Shown: positions 49,526 through 62,700 of the stretch, one piece after another
How the letters are laid out: every line of letters starts with the position of its first letter
Position numbering within the stretch: position 1 is the first letter of the stretch
Assembly: GCA_013239625.1 (NCBI GenBank)
Contig: MU053911.1
Location: 695,590 to 759,589 of the forward strand
Reading direction: 5' to 3'
Source of the DNA: Lama guanicoe
Taxonomy: Eukaryota
Length of the DNA stretch: 64,000 nt
Position numbers and translations under genes: made by a program
Notes under the pieces: generated by a model
Told to the model about the DNA's origin: nothing
Seen by the model: only the letters and a program-made list of their open reading frames with translations
Databases searched by the model: none

Positions 49526-52500
49526 AGTACCAGTACATTCAGCATATACATCTCTTAACAGTTACTAACACAACCTGATTTCTTGCTCACATGACCCATT
49601 TAAGGAAGCAATGGGATGGATGCGTGAGCACATGTATTCCCTGGTGATAAGGGGCGGTTTGGACCAGGAAAGATTTCTGCCATGGTGCTCTGGGGATCTT
49701 TTCCCAGAAGGCATCAAAACTGTGTAGAAGAAATCCCACACATCTCAGGAAATAGAATAATCCTTACTTGCACTATAAATAATTTTATCTTTGGGGGATA
49801 GGAGTTTACATTTAATTTAGAGTGAATTAAGCAGCATAATACAGGCTAGCCTGCCATTGAAGGAATAAGGTTCAGTGACAACTGTCAATTAGATTTGATT
49901 TTTAAAATTATCATCGTCTTAGTTTACACTGTAGTTATATGAGTAATTGTGTTAATTCTCACTGATTTACTCTAAAGTTTCAGTTAGGTCACTGAATAAT
50001 ATTTTACCAGTATTCAGACGACTAAATATTATTTTTAATTTGGTTTAAAACTTATGTGGGGGGGGCAGGATTTTCTTTTTCTTTTTTTCTTTCGGTTTTA
50101 ACTCATTCTTCTCCTGAGTTCTCCCACATGTTTTCAAGCTCCGCTGATGAACAGCACTCTTCTAGGAACGTGGCGCTTTGCACACAGAGCAACCACAGTA
50201 CCAGCATCCATTCCTTCAGAGGAAACAGGACAAACACGAAACACAAGGGTAAACACTCAGATGTTTGGTTGGTATTCGACAGGTGTTAACAATGACTTCA
50301 AATGAGAGCCTTTTAATTAGCAAAACTCATTTTGTTGAGGGGCAAGTTAGGCTTTTTATCAATTAAAAAATCCTTCGTTTTGAATAATAATGAAAATTTA
50401 GCCCAGTACTTGACTGTCCCCAAAGAGATGACAACAGGAAAAAACCCACTAACCCCAGAAAAGAAGAAACATAAGCCAATGTTTACACCCCTTCCACAAT
50501 TCTCCCAAGAAGAACTCTAGTGTATTTCTTGCAGGGAGGTTAAAACTTAGAACTCTAAATAGAGTAGCAAAAATAGACAGGAAATATGGAAACTAAGATC
50601 GACCTGCGATTAAAAGGAGTTTGTGAAAAAGAAAATGCACGTACTGAGAACTTCTTTAAATTTTATTTTCAAGGTTAAACTTGCCACAAGTTGTGGAATT
50701 GGTATCTGGTATTGATATATTGATATATTATTTCAGGTCATTTCCACATTTTTCTATAATACAACCGATCAAGAAATCAAGAAGGGAGAAATTCTCAGTT
50801 CTAAATGAGCTTTATATTTGCCAACATTAGCCACACTTAATCAAAATAACGTAAGAAACAAAGAAAGACTCCTGTTAGGGGTCAGCTGTCCTCGTCTGCC
50901 AGCTCGCATGGAGAAAACAGGTCAGGGTTGTGGGCAGATGCCCCAGGTAAGAGCTGCTTAGTACAGGGTTTTGGTTTAGAAATAAACAAAAAGGAGAAAT
51001 TACAGAGTTAAATTGCCATATATACTAAACATGTAACGTTCTTCCTATGGATGATAGAATTAATTTCTAAAGTTGAGGTACTTCCTTCAGGTGTATTCCT
51101 TCCTATTCCTCACAATTTGGAGGCAGGTAGGACCTATTGGCTCTTTCACATAGAGGGTTAGGATGAACGGGACCCTGCGTTCTGGACTCACACACTGACA
51201 TTCACACACACTCCCGACCACACGGGTATTTTGTCATATGCCTGGGGTTTTGATTAGTATACTTTTAAAATAGTATACTGAAATTGTATTATTTTTAGCT
51301 ATCTCCAGTAAAAAGCCACCACGGAGTCAGTACTAAAAGGAGAGGAGACAGGCTCAGCTACGTTATCGCCCACTTGAGGCTAGAGCCCCAGAAAGGAAGG
51401 GAAGGGATGGGTCCAGGCTCTTCATCTCCTGGACACAGGTGAGTCTGAGCCTTGGGACCAGGCTCACCCTCCCAGGTCCTCCAGCTCTGAATCTGGACCC
51501 TTGACTCATCATTTGAGATCCTTCCAGCTCTCAACTGTCAGGATTATTTGAAACTAGTCCTTATGGCTTCTGTAGTCAGGCCTAAAACCTAAAATTAAAT
51601 GCCAAAAACAAGACCATCAAGAAACAAACTTTATTTAAATTCCCCTTTTGAGACTCTTGGGCTCTGACACCCCTAGGATATGCCCAGCCCATGGAGACAA
51701 GCCAGTTTCTATGGCTGAGTAGACACTTTTACAAGGTCACCATTAATTCATCCATAAAATATTTATTGAGATTCAGCCAAATATAAAACATGGTCGCAGA
51801 TGCTAAGGAAGAGGAAGGTGTGAGCCGCAGTCCCTCCCAGGAGCTGTTGACAGCGTGCACAGGGATCTGAGACAAGCACGCCTCAGAAGAGGAAGCACAG
51901 CGTCGCACAATTAGGAGACACGACAAGTGGTGGTGGTACCGTGGCAGTCCCAGGCGTCCTGCTTCCCACCAGTTAATCATCCCATTGCACTATCTACAAA
52001 TAACCATGCTGGGCGTGCCCTTCAGGATGGTCACTTTTTTAAGAGACCAGGATGAAACCAATTAAATGGTCAGTGGCTGAGCAATTCACAGTCCAGGGCT
52101 CCTGGAGACCAGCCTGCCCGAGCACGCACTGCAACCCGTGAGGAGGATACCGAGTGCTCCACCTCCGGCTGAAAAGGCACAGCTGTGCCTGTAGGAAGAG
52201 GAGGCACGAAGCCAGGTCAGGGATCAGAGCAGCACGTCACACACGAGCACCAGTCCAGTCTTCCCTCCAGTCGCGAAGGTCCCTTTCCACAGAGCCGCCT
52301 GCTTCCAAGCGGAACCGGTCCCAATTGCAAACATGTCCTAAATGACCTGCGCAGCCCCACCTGATTAGACGAACAGGTAAGTTCTGTGGAAATGGAGGAG
52401 GAATATGTTTGCTAACGTTCTCGTTTTCACTGTGTGTGGCCGCTAGCTCACGGAGGATTCACCGAAACAGTGAAGTGTTCTCTTTCATCCTCCTCTCCCC

Positions 52501-53929
52501 TCTGCCCTACCCCCAGCACAGACCTCAAGGGCCGGGTCAGAAGGCCAGCGCGCAGGAGAGGAGGAGGCGGAGCACGGCTGGGAGGCAGAGGCAGGGCGAG
52601 CCTGGCCGCAGGGACTGCAGACGGATGTGGGACTTTGTCCCCCGGGAGACGGAGCTCCCAGGGGCCCGGGGAGAGGCTGTGGGGACCACCAGTGAGCATC
52701 TGCCCAGCATCTCTCAGCCCTGGGGAGGATGCTCCCCTGGGGCAGGTCCACAGGGGACAAGGGGAGGTGACCCCAAGCAGGGAGCACAGAGCAGCTCAGA
52801 GCCGCTTTAGAAGCAGACTCTGCAGATCCCTGGAGAGACGGCATCGCAGGTGCGGGCTTGGGGGTTACACGCAACTCCGCCTCCAGACAGACCTCTGGGC
52901 CCCCTCCCTTCGCCCAGTCCCCTCTGAGGAAAGAGGCACAGCTCCTGTGTGGGAGGTGGAGGTCCCACCTTTCCACCACTTAATGCCCTGAGCACCCAAA
53001 TTCAGCTCGCGTGCTCGATCGAGTCACTCTCGTATTTAATAGAAAGATTTTTTTTTAAAAGTCACAACAATAAAGCCCTTTGTCTTCATCCGCTTCCACC
53101 GTGTCTGTTTCTCAGGAGGATTTGAAACTGAAATGTCAAAATATCCTGAGAAATAGGACATCCCTTATGTTTCTGACCACATGGGATCAAAAGTAAGAAA
53201 TCCGAGAGTCATCATGTCTACAGACCAATTCTCAAAAAAAGGAGATTAAGTGTTTGATGTTCTGAATCCCTTTTCAAACTGAGCCACGTTACTTCCATTT
53301 TCGAAATCGTAAACCTGGGAGGGTTTCCTAGTTATTGTTAGCACTATTCGCGTGTAAGTTGTACAACCAGCTCTCTCTGAGGGCCTTACGCCCGTTTGTT
53401 TTCCACGGTGACCAGCCGCACTTCAAATAGGTTGGATTTTGACAAATACGCAAATGTCTGGTGTAATGGTTTTAAGAAAGCCTGCGCTATCAGCATCGCT
53501 CTATGTAATTAATCTTCCCTATTAAGTTTACATCCAGAAATATTTACTTCCACAGAGAATGTAAACAGTGCTAATAACTGAGTGTCAGGAAGAAGAGTTT
53601 TTGGTGGAATAGTTCTGGAAGACAACGACATTCCCCAGGCATAAATCCCTTGAAACTAACAACGCACAATAGATGTAAATTCTCGAAGTGTCAAAGAATT
53701 ATCCTCAAATAACATCATGCTATGAGGCAGAAATAGCAAAAGGGTGAGCAAATCCAATTTCCCTATAAAAATCTTAGGAGGTCATTTTCCACAGGCACTT
53801 TTTCATGATAAAGATTTGGAGTGGTTTACAAACACACACAAAGACCAAAACTACATTAAAGCAAGATTAAGAAGACAGCAAATAAGTAACACGGGGCCCT
53901 CCCAGGATGGTCACAGCCGTCCTCGTCCG

Positions 53930-54222
53930 CTCCGGGGCCTGTGGAAGGCGGTCTCCGCAGCCCCTGGCTGAGTGCAGGCCACGGAAATGGGCGGGGAAGT
54001 GGCCCGAGCCCTTCCTGGTGGGGGCGAGGGATGTCCCACGTAGGATTCCCGGGGTCCTCTCCTCCCAGCCACAGCAGCTGCCAGCGACAAGGCGGGGAGA
54101 CCACATCCCCTGGGACATAGGACAGAACAGGGCTACACAGGGGTTTTGTCTTTTCTGCTAAAGCCACGGAAATTTCAGGGATTTTGTTACCGTATAACCT
54201 AGCCTGTCTGAACAAATGCCAT
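53930..54222 (+). mobile_element. Possible old MaLR LTR (MLT1J/K-like) 3' part
   Basis: ctaaagccacggaaatttcagggattttgttaccgtataacctagcctgtctga resembles the MLT1 3' terminus. Confidence 0.5.
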
Positions 54223-55129
54223 GGTGACTAATTCGAAAAGAAAAAAACCACAAAAACCCCCAAAATTTTGTTCATCAAAAGGCATAGATAAGAGAGATTT
54301 ACAATGACTTCAAGCCTAAACTAAGTAATTATTAACAAAATGTTATGAAAACATTAGGTTGTATTTTTTTGAGTGGTTGTATCTATTCAATGCTCTGCAT
54401 GCACTGTCTCACTTAATCCAGATGTGGGATGTGGAGTTTAAAAGGATTAGATAACTTACACACTTTCTAAGAAACAGAGCAGGACTTAACTGAGTGGGCC
54501 TGACCCCGGGCTGTGCTTGGGACTGAAATCCTGAAGGAGGATGTCTTCAGGGGCACCAGCTGGTAGAGCCACCGTGACTCAGCAGGAGAAAGACATCGCT
54601 TCCTAGTTCTGAGTAGACTAGAATTTGGCACCTGAATCTTTAAATAAGGAACATAACAAACAATGTATTTGATTGTGAAAATTAATTTAAAAAAACCCAT
54701 AGGCGATGGAATTTGATAGGTTTAGGTTTGGATCCTGGAACGACCACTCTTTCTGAGTGAGATATTTGGGAAAAAACAAAATGTTCCTCTCATTCAGGTG
54801 AATGTAGTGTCACATGGAATCCAGTGGTCCCTGGAGGTGCTTCTTCATCCATTTGTATTGTTTTGTTTTTTCCTTTTTTTTCAAATATCAGCTAACATAT
54901 TTTAACTAATAGCACTCTGAAGTCATTTCAAACTTAAAGAGTTGAAAAATGGCATTCACTGAGATTTATCAATTGTTGACACATTGAGATTCATCAATTT
55001 TACCACATTGGCTTTCTCTCTCTCTCTCTCACTCCCCTCCCTCTACGACTGCGCTCATAGTTGGGCCTCACCCTTGCTGCCTACTCTGGTCTCCATTTCT
55101 ACATGCCTGTCTGAACCAGTTTCTGCCAC

Positions 55130-56042
55130 TAAAGAGGCAGTAACAGTGATGTGAAAACCTATAGCAGATCACAAAAGAGCATAAAGAGAAAGGACTCAAA
55201 GCATATCAGTACAGAAATCCATCAATTCATGAAGGAAGGCAGCAAGAGAAGAAGAAAGGAACCAAGAACTCCAAAACAGCCAGAAAACAGTAAGATGGCA
55301 TCCGAAGTCTTTACCTATCAATAACTACTCTAAATGTAAATGGATTAAATTCTCCAGTCAAGAGATGCAGAGTGACTGGATGGATTAAAAACCGAAAACC
55401 AACTGTATGCTGCCTACAAGGGACACACTTCAGCTTTAAGGACACACATGGACACAAAATGAGGGGACAGTAAAAGATACCCCATGCAAGTGGAAACTAA
55501 AGGAGGACGGGGGAGCTATGCTTATATCAAAGCAGATTTAATCCAAAAAGTGTAATAAGAGACAAAGGAGGTCATTATATAATGAAAAGGGGCCCATTCA
55601 TCATGAAGACATAACAATCAAATATATAAGCACCCAACACCTTAGCTCTTAAATATATTCAGCAAAAACTAACAGATCTGAAGGGGGAAATAGAAAGATA
55701 TATATAATAGTAGGGGGACTGCTAAACCCCACTTTCAACAATGCATAGACATTCAAACCGAAAATGAACGAGAAAAGACTGGACTTGAATCATACTTTAC
55801 ACCAAATGGATCTAACAGACATATACAGGACATTCCAAATAGCAACAGCAGAGTACCCATTCCTCTCAGGAGCACATGGAACATTCTCCATGACAGAGCA
55901 TACGACAGGTCAAAAACCAGTCTTAGCAAATTTAAGAAGACTGAAGTCATACCAAGTGTCTTTTCCAACCACAATGGTATGAAACTAGAAATCAGTAACA
56001 GGAAGAAAGCTGGAAATTCACAAATTTGTGGAAATTAAGCAA
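55130..56042 (+). mobile_element. Old L1 fragment: inter-ORF region plus disrupted ORF2 endonuclease domain
   Basis: Translates in pieces to LSITTLNVNGLNSPVKR, CCLQGTHF and DLTDIYRTF...GAHGTFS (APE-like L1 endonuclease), with stops and frameshifts. Confidence 0.9.
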
Positions 56043-59000
56043 TTTTGCATTGCTTTGGGTTTTTCAGAGAAGTGAAAGGAGCAGCAAGAGGTTATGAAAA
56101 TCCCTAGTTAGTAGGGGAACCAGAAACCTAGGAGTTTTCAGATTTATCTTAAGGATCAGGTAAACTCAGTATATGATAATTAGCCTTCAGCCATGCGCAT
56201 GCCTGCAAGACATAGATCTCCTAACTAAAAACGGTGAGAAAAGTTTTTATGTTGGGGTCCATGGACACTTAGGAGTTTGGGGCGTTCCATCAGTGAGCCA
56301 GGAGTGCCCTCAAATTGCAGAAAAACATGTTTTGGGAGAAGCTCCACAGCATGTATTAAATTTGCAAAGTAGCCCAAGTTGAGTTAAATTTCAGTGATGT
56401 GGTGTGGCCAGAATCGTGTGATCACTCCCCAGCCGCTCCCCTCATTGACCACGACTGCTCCATTTTCACGTCTCTGACAGCTGACCTCTTCCACCTGCCA
56501 GGCTCTGTGTCTCTCTGTCCCCAGGAAGTTCCTGGTCTCTGGCTGTCGTGCACACGTCACCGTTACCTTGTCTTTGCCGGGGTTCTGGGCTCTGGAAGAT
56601 TATCCGTCCATGATCTTATTTCCCGTTTCCTACCCATCCAGACCTACATCAGACTGGCAAACCCTACCCTGCTGCAAGAAGATTCCTGTTCTGTGACTTG
56701 TAAAAAATGTTTGTGGAAGTTTGGGTAACAGGCATCATCAAGATCCCTAGAGACATTTTGAAGTACTTACAGAAAGCCTTAAAACATGTTTCAGAAACAT
56801 ATTAGACAAATGGCTGTAATTTGGTCTTAAATCTCTAAACAGATACATTAAAAATAAAGTTAATATGCTCTCTGTTATTAAGTGGGTAACTCCAAAATGA
56901 ATGCACTCTTGGATCGTTTCCATGATTGACTGGGTCACACATCTATATACTTTTCAAATAATGGGGAAGTTGTCATTGCTTATGTATGAAATTTGCACGG
57001 ATCAAGTACCGGAATGCTGAAGGACAGAGCAAAGAAAATGGCTTTGTTCTTCTTGAGTTTCTGTGCAATGACTAGTGTTTGATTAAATTAAAATGCCAAG
57101 CAAGAGAGCAGTGGAAATTCAAAGATTCACCAGGAGAAATGAAGCATTTTCCTTGGGAGATCAAGACTTATGCAGTATAATTAACACACTTCATTAAGAG
57201 GAAGGCACTTGTCTAAGAACCTGCCTAGGAACACGATTATGACTGCAGGCTTCAGACACACTAACATTTGACTGGCTCAGGAACGGTTTTCGCTGGGGGC
57301 ACAATAAAAATCTTAGTTTGATTTTCTCACTACTTCCAGGCTCAGATATCCCCAGCAGGCACGAGGGCATCTGCCCACTGACCTGCACTTTTCAGAGCAA
57401 TCTGAAGGAGCTGATAACGAGAAATCCACCGAGCATTGATTCTGACCCTCCACACTCCCTCTGGCAGTGCATTTAAGTTCCAGCCATAAAAATCTGAACC
57501 TCTGTGAGGGGACTGACATCCTGAGAACTGTGCCAGCTGGAAGGAAGACAGAGTTGAGTTTGATGGAGGAAGGATGGAGTGAAAAGCCGTGCATAAATGG
57601 TCAGCAGGGTGAGAACATCTTGCATTTATGGACACTTCCAGTTTATGAGATATTTCTACGTAGATCACCTTGTTTGATACTCCCCACCCACGCTGTGAGT
57701 GAAAGAGTCAAGGATTTTTAGCCTTTTCTTCAAATTAAATGTTTTCCCTAATTAGCATATGAACAAGGAATGTCAGGGGTCGTGGTATACTGCAACTGCC
57801 CTGCCCAAAATGGGGTGACACCCCAACTGCTGCTCTGGTGCCGTTTCCACCGCTTCCAACAACTGCTTCCAACCATGAGCGGCAGCCAGTGATGTTACCA
57901 GACGCCCCTGTTGACAATCTGAGCTTGGAAGTGTGGAGGCTTCTCGCACGGCAGACAGCCTGCCCTGTAGCTGGTCCTCTGCTTTGCCGTCTCGGGGGAG
58001 GAACCTGTTTTTGCGGAAGCATCATGGACGGACCTCACCACCGAGGGTCCACATGTGTCCTCACAGCTGTGCAAAGAGCCAAAGGAAGTGAGAGCACAGG
58101 AGCCGTCACAGGGGCTGCTCACATTTACTTCTCTGGGTTGTGGCTTTCTTGTATTTAAAACAAGGAACGAGGACAAAATAAATCTCCAAGATCTATGCCA
58201 GCTCACATACGAAATGTTGGCAGTTTGGTACAAATATCTGTAAGTCAATCAGTTTTACAAAACGTACTCCTGGGGCCACTGGAGAGTCTTTAGAAGTTCC
58301 CTGAATGTGGACTTTCACTGCCAAAGAACATTTCTCTCCAAACTCACATCTCCACCATCCCAGAGCCATTACCGCAGAATCAGAGCCCTACCTATAAATG
58401 ACTCAGAAAAATGAGCAGCGTGTGCAAACGCCCCTTCCTTCCTTCGTCTCCTCACCTTTGGAACCCCTGGTGCTACAGCCAAAAAAGCCATTCCAGGCGA
58501 GCAGAAAGCTTTAGAGAAATTGGAGGTTCAGAAGTAAAGAAAGGAACGAGACTGTGAAAAAGGAAATGCCGTGTGGAGCTGACCAGGGACAGGTGCACAG
58601 AATAAGCTGACCTTTCCCGGCCCAAAAATATCTTTCCCCGACTGTGTGCGGAGTTTTGACTTCACTTTGGCTCGCTGGCTGAGATCGCCTCACTGAGACA
58701 TGCTTTTTTGGATAATAAGCTTTTTTTTTTAATGCAACTAACTCTAGGAGAGTTCAGAGATGGTCAAGCCCTTCATGCGTTGGTGTGAGTGGGTTCAATC
58801 GGGTTGCTTTCCTCCTCAGAGCCAGCTGAGAGCCAGCAGCCTGAGTTAACCGGAGTTCTGAGGGGCTGGAGAGGAAAGGCAGGTCATTTGGGAATGGCTA
58901 ACTTCAGCGAATGTGGGTGAAGTTTGGAGGTCTGTAAATTAGGGCACTGGAAAATGGAGCAGCTGCGGAAAGGTCCCGCTTGAGAAAGAGGGGCTGGACC

Positions 59001-59622
59001 CCGTCAGCTGCGACATGCTCCGGAGGGTGGCGGAGTGCCATCTCCTGTGCAGCAAGGAACCTGAGGCTCAGAGACGGAAGGGGATGTGCCGGGGGTCAGG
59101 CTGAGTTATTGCCACCATTTCATGCCCCGCTGTCCTCCTTCTTACCCTGCTTTCTGCTTTCTTACCCTTCCCCTCTTTGCGGCCACCAGGACTTAAATGT
59201 ACGTGGCAATGTAGGAAAAAAGTCCTTCAGCTGCAATTTCTGTGCCTAACATGGAAGGAAATACGTTTGGGGTTCCACGTGGCTGACTGGGCTGTTGAGG
59301 CACAGTCGTTCTTAAGCTGAGTAATTCCCATGTTTTCCATTTTTCTTCCCCAGCGACATAAATAAATTGATGAGAACTGAAGAAATAGTTCCTTATTGGT
59401 AATCTCAATTGTTACATCTCATTATGGCTGGTGTTGGCTTGTGGTCCTGCTGGACTACAGACTCCTCAAGCAGAGACTCTCCTGCACCAGCCCTGCTAGG
59501 GATTCAGTAAATTTATGAATGCGTAGATGAACATGAATGAATAAAACCTAATCGAATAAAACCTACTCACCAATATATGTATGTGCTTAATTGTCAGACC
59601 AGACACCACAGGAGACCGCAGG

Positions 59623-59650
59623 CTGGCCCTGGCCCTGGCCCTGGCCCTGG
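59623..59650. repeat. (CTGGCC)n hexamer repeat
   Basis: Direct reading. Confidence 0.85.
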
Positions 59651-59763
59651 CTGCCAATAAAGCTCAGTCAACAGCAGCTGTGGGCACTGTAACTCACGAG
59701 GCTGAGGGTAGATGGTCTGGACCTGAATGTGTTTGACATCTCACTGGATTTGTATCGCCGGTC

Positions 59764-59794
59764 TTTTTTTTTTTTTTTTTTTTTATTTTTTTTT
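59764..59794. repeat. Poly(T) run with one interruption
   Basis: Direct reading. Confidence 0.9.
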
Positions 59795-62700
59795 GGTTTT
59801 TAGTCTTTGCTTTCCCAAGAGTTTCTTTTGACCATAGAGTTGAGAAGAATGGAATAATTCTGGGAACAAAAATGAAGAGTTAAACTTGGAATTTTAAGAA
59901 CATAGGTAATTTCAGATCAGAGAAACATGTAGAAGAAACATTGTATCATGAATTATGAATTAAAAAAAAACAAAACAGTCACATTCAGCCAGGTAGCTGA
60001 GGTGCTGCTGAAACAGTACAATTTGAGAATTTGGGGAACAAAAGCTTAAATCTTCTGTTTCCATGATCAGTCTTTGGTCCAGTCTTTGCATCTCAACCCA
60101 GCGGGAGAAGGGTGACCACAAGGTGATGGTAGCTCTTTTGTCAGCTGAGTTATCTGAAGTAGCAGCTCAGAAGACAGACTTATTAATAAGGAAATGACTG
60201 CAGTGACATCGTATTTCCAGGGCATGATTTACACGTGGGTTACAAGACAAAAGTGATTTAAACTATGACCCCCCAGCCTGAGGAAGGGGCAAAGGTGCAG
60301 CATCAGAACGCAGGAATAGGGGGCAGGTGAGGGGGCCCCAGAACCGGGCAGCAGCCTCCTCCCATCAGGATGACCCAGTCAGGCAGCACCGGGCAGAAGC
60401 AGTGACCCCAGGGGGCGGGCGTGGGGCAGGCGGCTGTGTGCCCCTCAGAGCCAGGGCACAGGAGGAAGACAAGCGGGGGAGGTCGCGAAGGTCCCGGCGA
60501 GCACTTCCCCGCTCACAGGCGGGGGTCTGAGCTGCCGCCGCGGGCGGTTCAGGTGCCCGGCGCCTACTAACCAGTGGTCAGACTTCCTCTGGAAATGTGG
60601 AGCCTTGGCCAGAGTTTGCCCACGGAATTGGCAACGTAAGCTTTTACTCCTAAAAAGTTCTAAGACGTATCACTTAAATCAACTCCTCAGCTAACGCTAC
60701 TGCGATGACTGACGTGTGACTGGATTTTTTTAATCCATGATTTATGATTCAGTGCACCTGCTACAAGGTATTCTGATTCTGAAATTTTCGATGCCCTTAA
60801 AATTCCAAATAAGTCTCCCCCTTTGCCCCAGCAACGTCCTTCCCTGGAAGCATGCCGTCACGCGCACATGCATTTCACCTTCCGTCACAATCCGTTGCCC
60901 TTACAGTCACTCCCAAGGCGAATCTGCCATAACCTCTCTACGTATAACTCTCCCATCATCGTTTCAGCCCAGAAAATTCCGGTCACAGTTGCCTCTGCGG
61001 ATCTAAATCAGGTTATGGTAATGTGACAGCTCATTCAATATCCTGTAACTCCCCAGCCTCTGGCCATCAACTCCCATTCACAAATTCATATTTTATGGAG
61101 AGCTTTAAATGAAAGCTTAGATTAGGCGAAGGTTGTACTTTGGTCCAGATACCTGCTGGGATTTAGATTCTCCGTGGAGGGAGCTGACTAAATTCTAAAC
61201 AGCAATTAAACATATGCACAGCTACTTAAAAGTTTGGATTTTTCAGGGAAGGCAGCCCAATTGAATACAAGGACAGTCAGTCTGGAACTTGAATCCATGG
61301 ATTTCAGCCTTCAGACTTCCCTTCTAACAACATGGCTGTGGCCCAGTTTTTTGGGTCCAGGAATAAAATTTCCATGTCAAGACGTTGAGGTGGATCATAC
61401 TTTTGAGAATCTTGGAATAGCTGGCCATTGAAGGGCAGCATGGGTGGACAGCTGGGCGGCCGCGCGACGTCTGAATCAATAGCTTTGCCTTTAAACCACT
61501 GAAAGGCTGTGTGACCTCGGGCCAGCCACTCTCTTAGTCCTCACCATCCTCATCGTGAAGCAGGGGTTAGGACAAGGGGGCCACTGGGTCCCAGCCCATG
61601 GTCCTGTGTCGAGGGCCTTTTCCACGTGTGTTCAGTGGCCAAGTCCGGTGGGAAAGTCCTGAAGAGACAGGCTCCGCATTTAATTCCCCCAATAAGCCGG
61701 CTCACACCGGTCGTGGTTTATTTCTCCGTCTCTTTGGCAGTGTGTTTACAAGCTGCTATCCTTGTCTTCCTTATCTTAACACCAAATGGATACAAACTAG
61801 TACTGTTTTTTCCCTTCTAGAGGAGGAACAAGGCAGGCTTCCAGTCTGGAAAGCACGTCTAGTCAGCCACGTGTGAACGCGGACTTACTAGATGTATCCA
61901 AAGGAAGCCCAAGTCAACAGAACTTCTTCTAAACTTTTAAAATCCTCACTTGTGAAATCAGTTTCCCCCAGGAAGACAGACGCCGGTGTGGTGGGAGGAG
62001 CCCCACTAAACTGTAGGCACTTGAATTCCAGCCCCACCTCCTGGGTAAGTGGACTCGGGTCTGTGTCACTCGGCTTCCCAAGCAGAGGTGATCTTTCATG
62101 TTCCTTCCTCCTTGAAAATTCTGTTACTCTGGAAAATAAACTCCCCCTCATTTCCGCCTTGATTCTTAGTAAACTCACGCGGTAAAAATGAGTGTCAGGT
62201 ACACAGAAAGCTGTCCACAAAGACCTGTTTAATATGGAACAAGCGGGGCACACTTGCCCGCTGGTCTCTCCGGTGCTCAGCCTCCTCGTGGCCACTGGGC
62301 AAGAGCAGCAGATTTCAGCAGGAAAGCGTGCGGTTGCTCTTCCTGGTGACTCCCTACGGAGGCACCTACGAGCTCACATTTTAGGAGCATATCCCCCTCC
62401 ACGAGTTCCGGCGCCGGCTGTGTTGCCAGCTGGACAGAACACCTTTTGGAAAATTGCGCTACGTCTGTTGCACCAGCAGAGGATGTGCTCTGCAGCTCTG
62501 CCCTCCTGCTGAGAGATTCCAGGAAGCTTGTAGTGTCCAGGGCTGTCCAAGAAAAACTATCCAAACCAGGACAGAAGCCAAAGAAATCTCAGCTCCCAGA
62601 AGCGGTGCTTTCCATGATCCGGTGAGAAGGCAATCTCTCAAGGGGCCAGCAGCCGCTGCTCTATCTGGGGAGAGCTGCTGACCGGCTGTGTGAGCTTGGG

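Noticed and set aside
52409..52995. Longest ORFs in the window (133-185 aa) on both strands
   Set aside because: GC-rich sequence depleted of stop codons, with overlapping open frames, non-ATG starts and no domain recognised.
55296..55982. Functional endonuclease gene
   Set aside because: L1 ORF2 remnant with stops and frameshifts, truncated before the reverse transcriptase.
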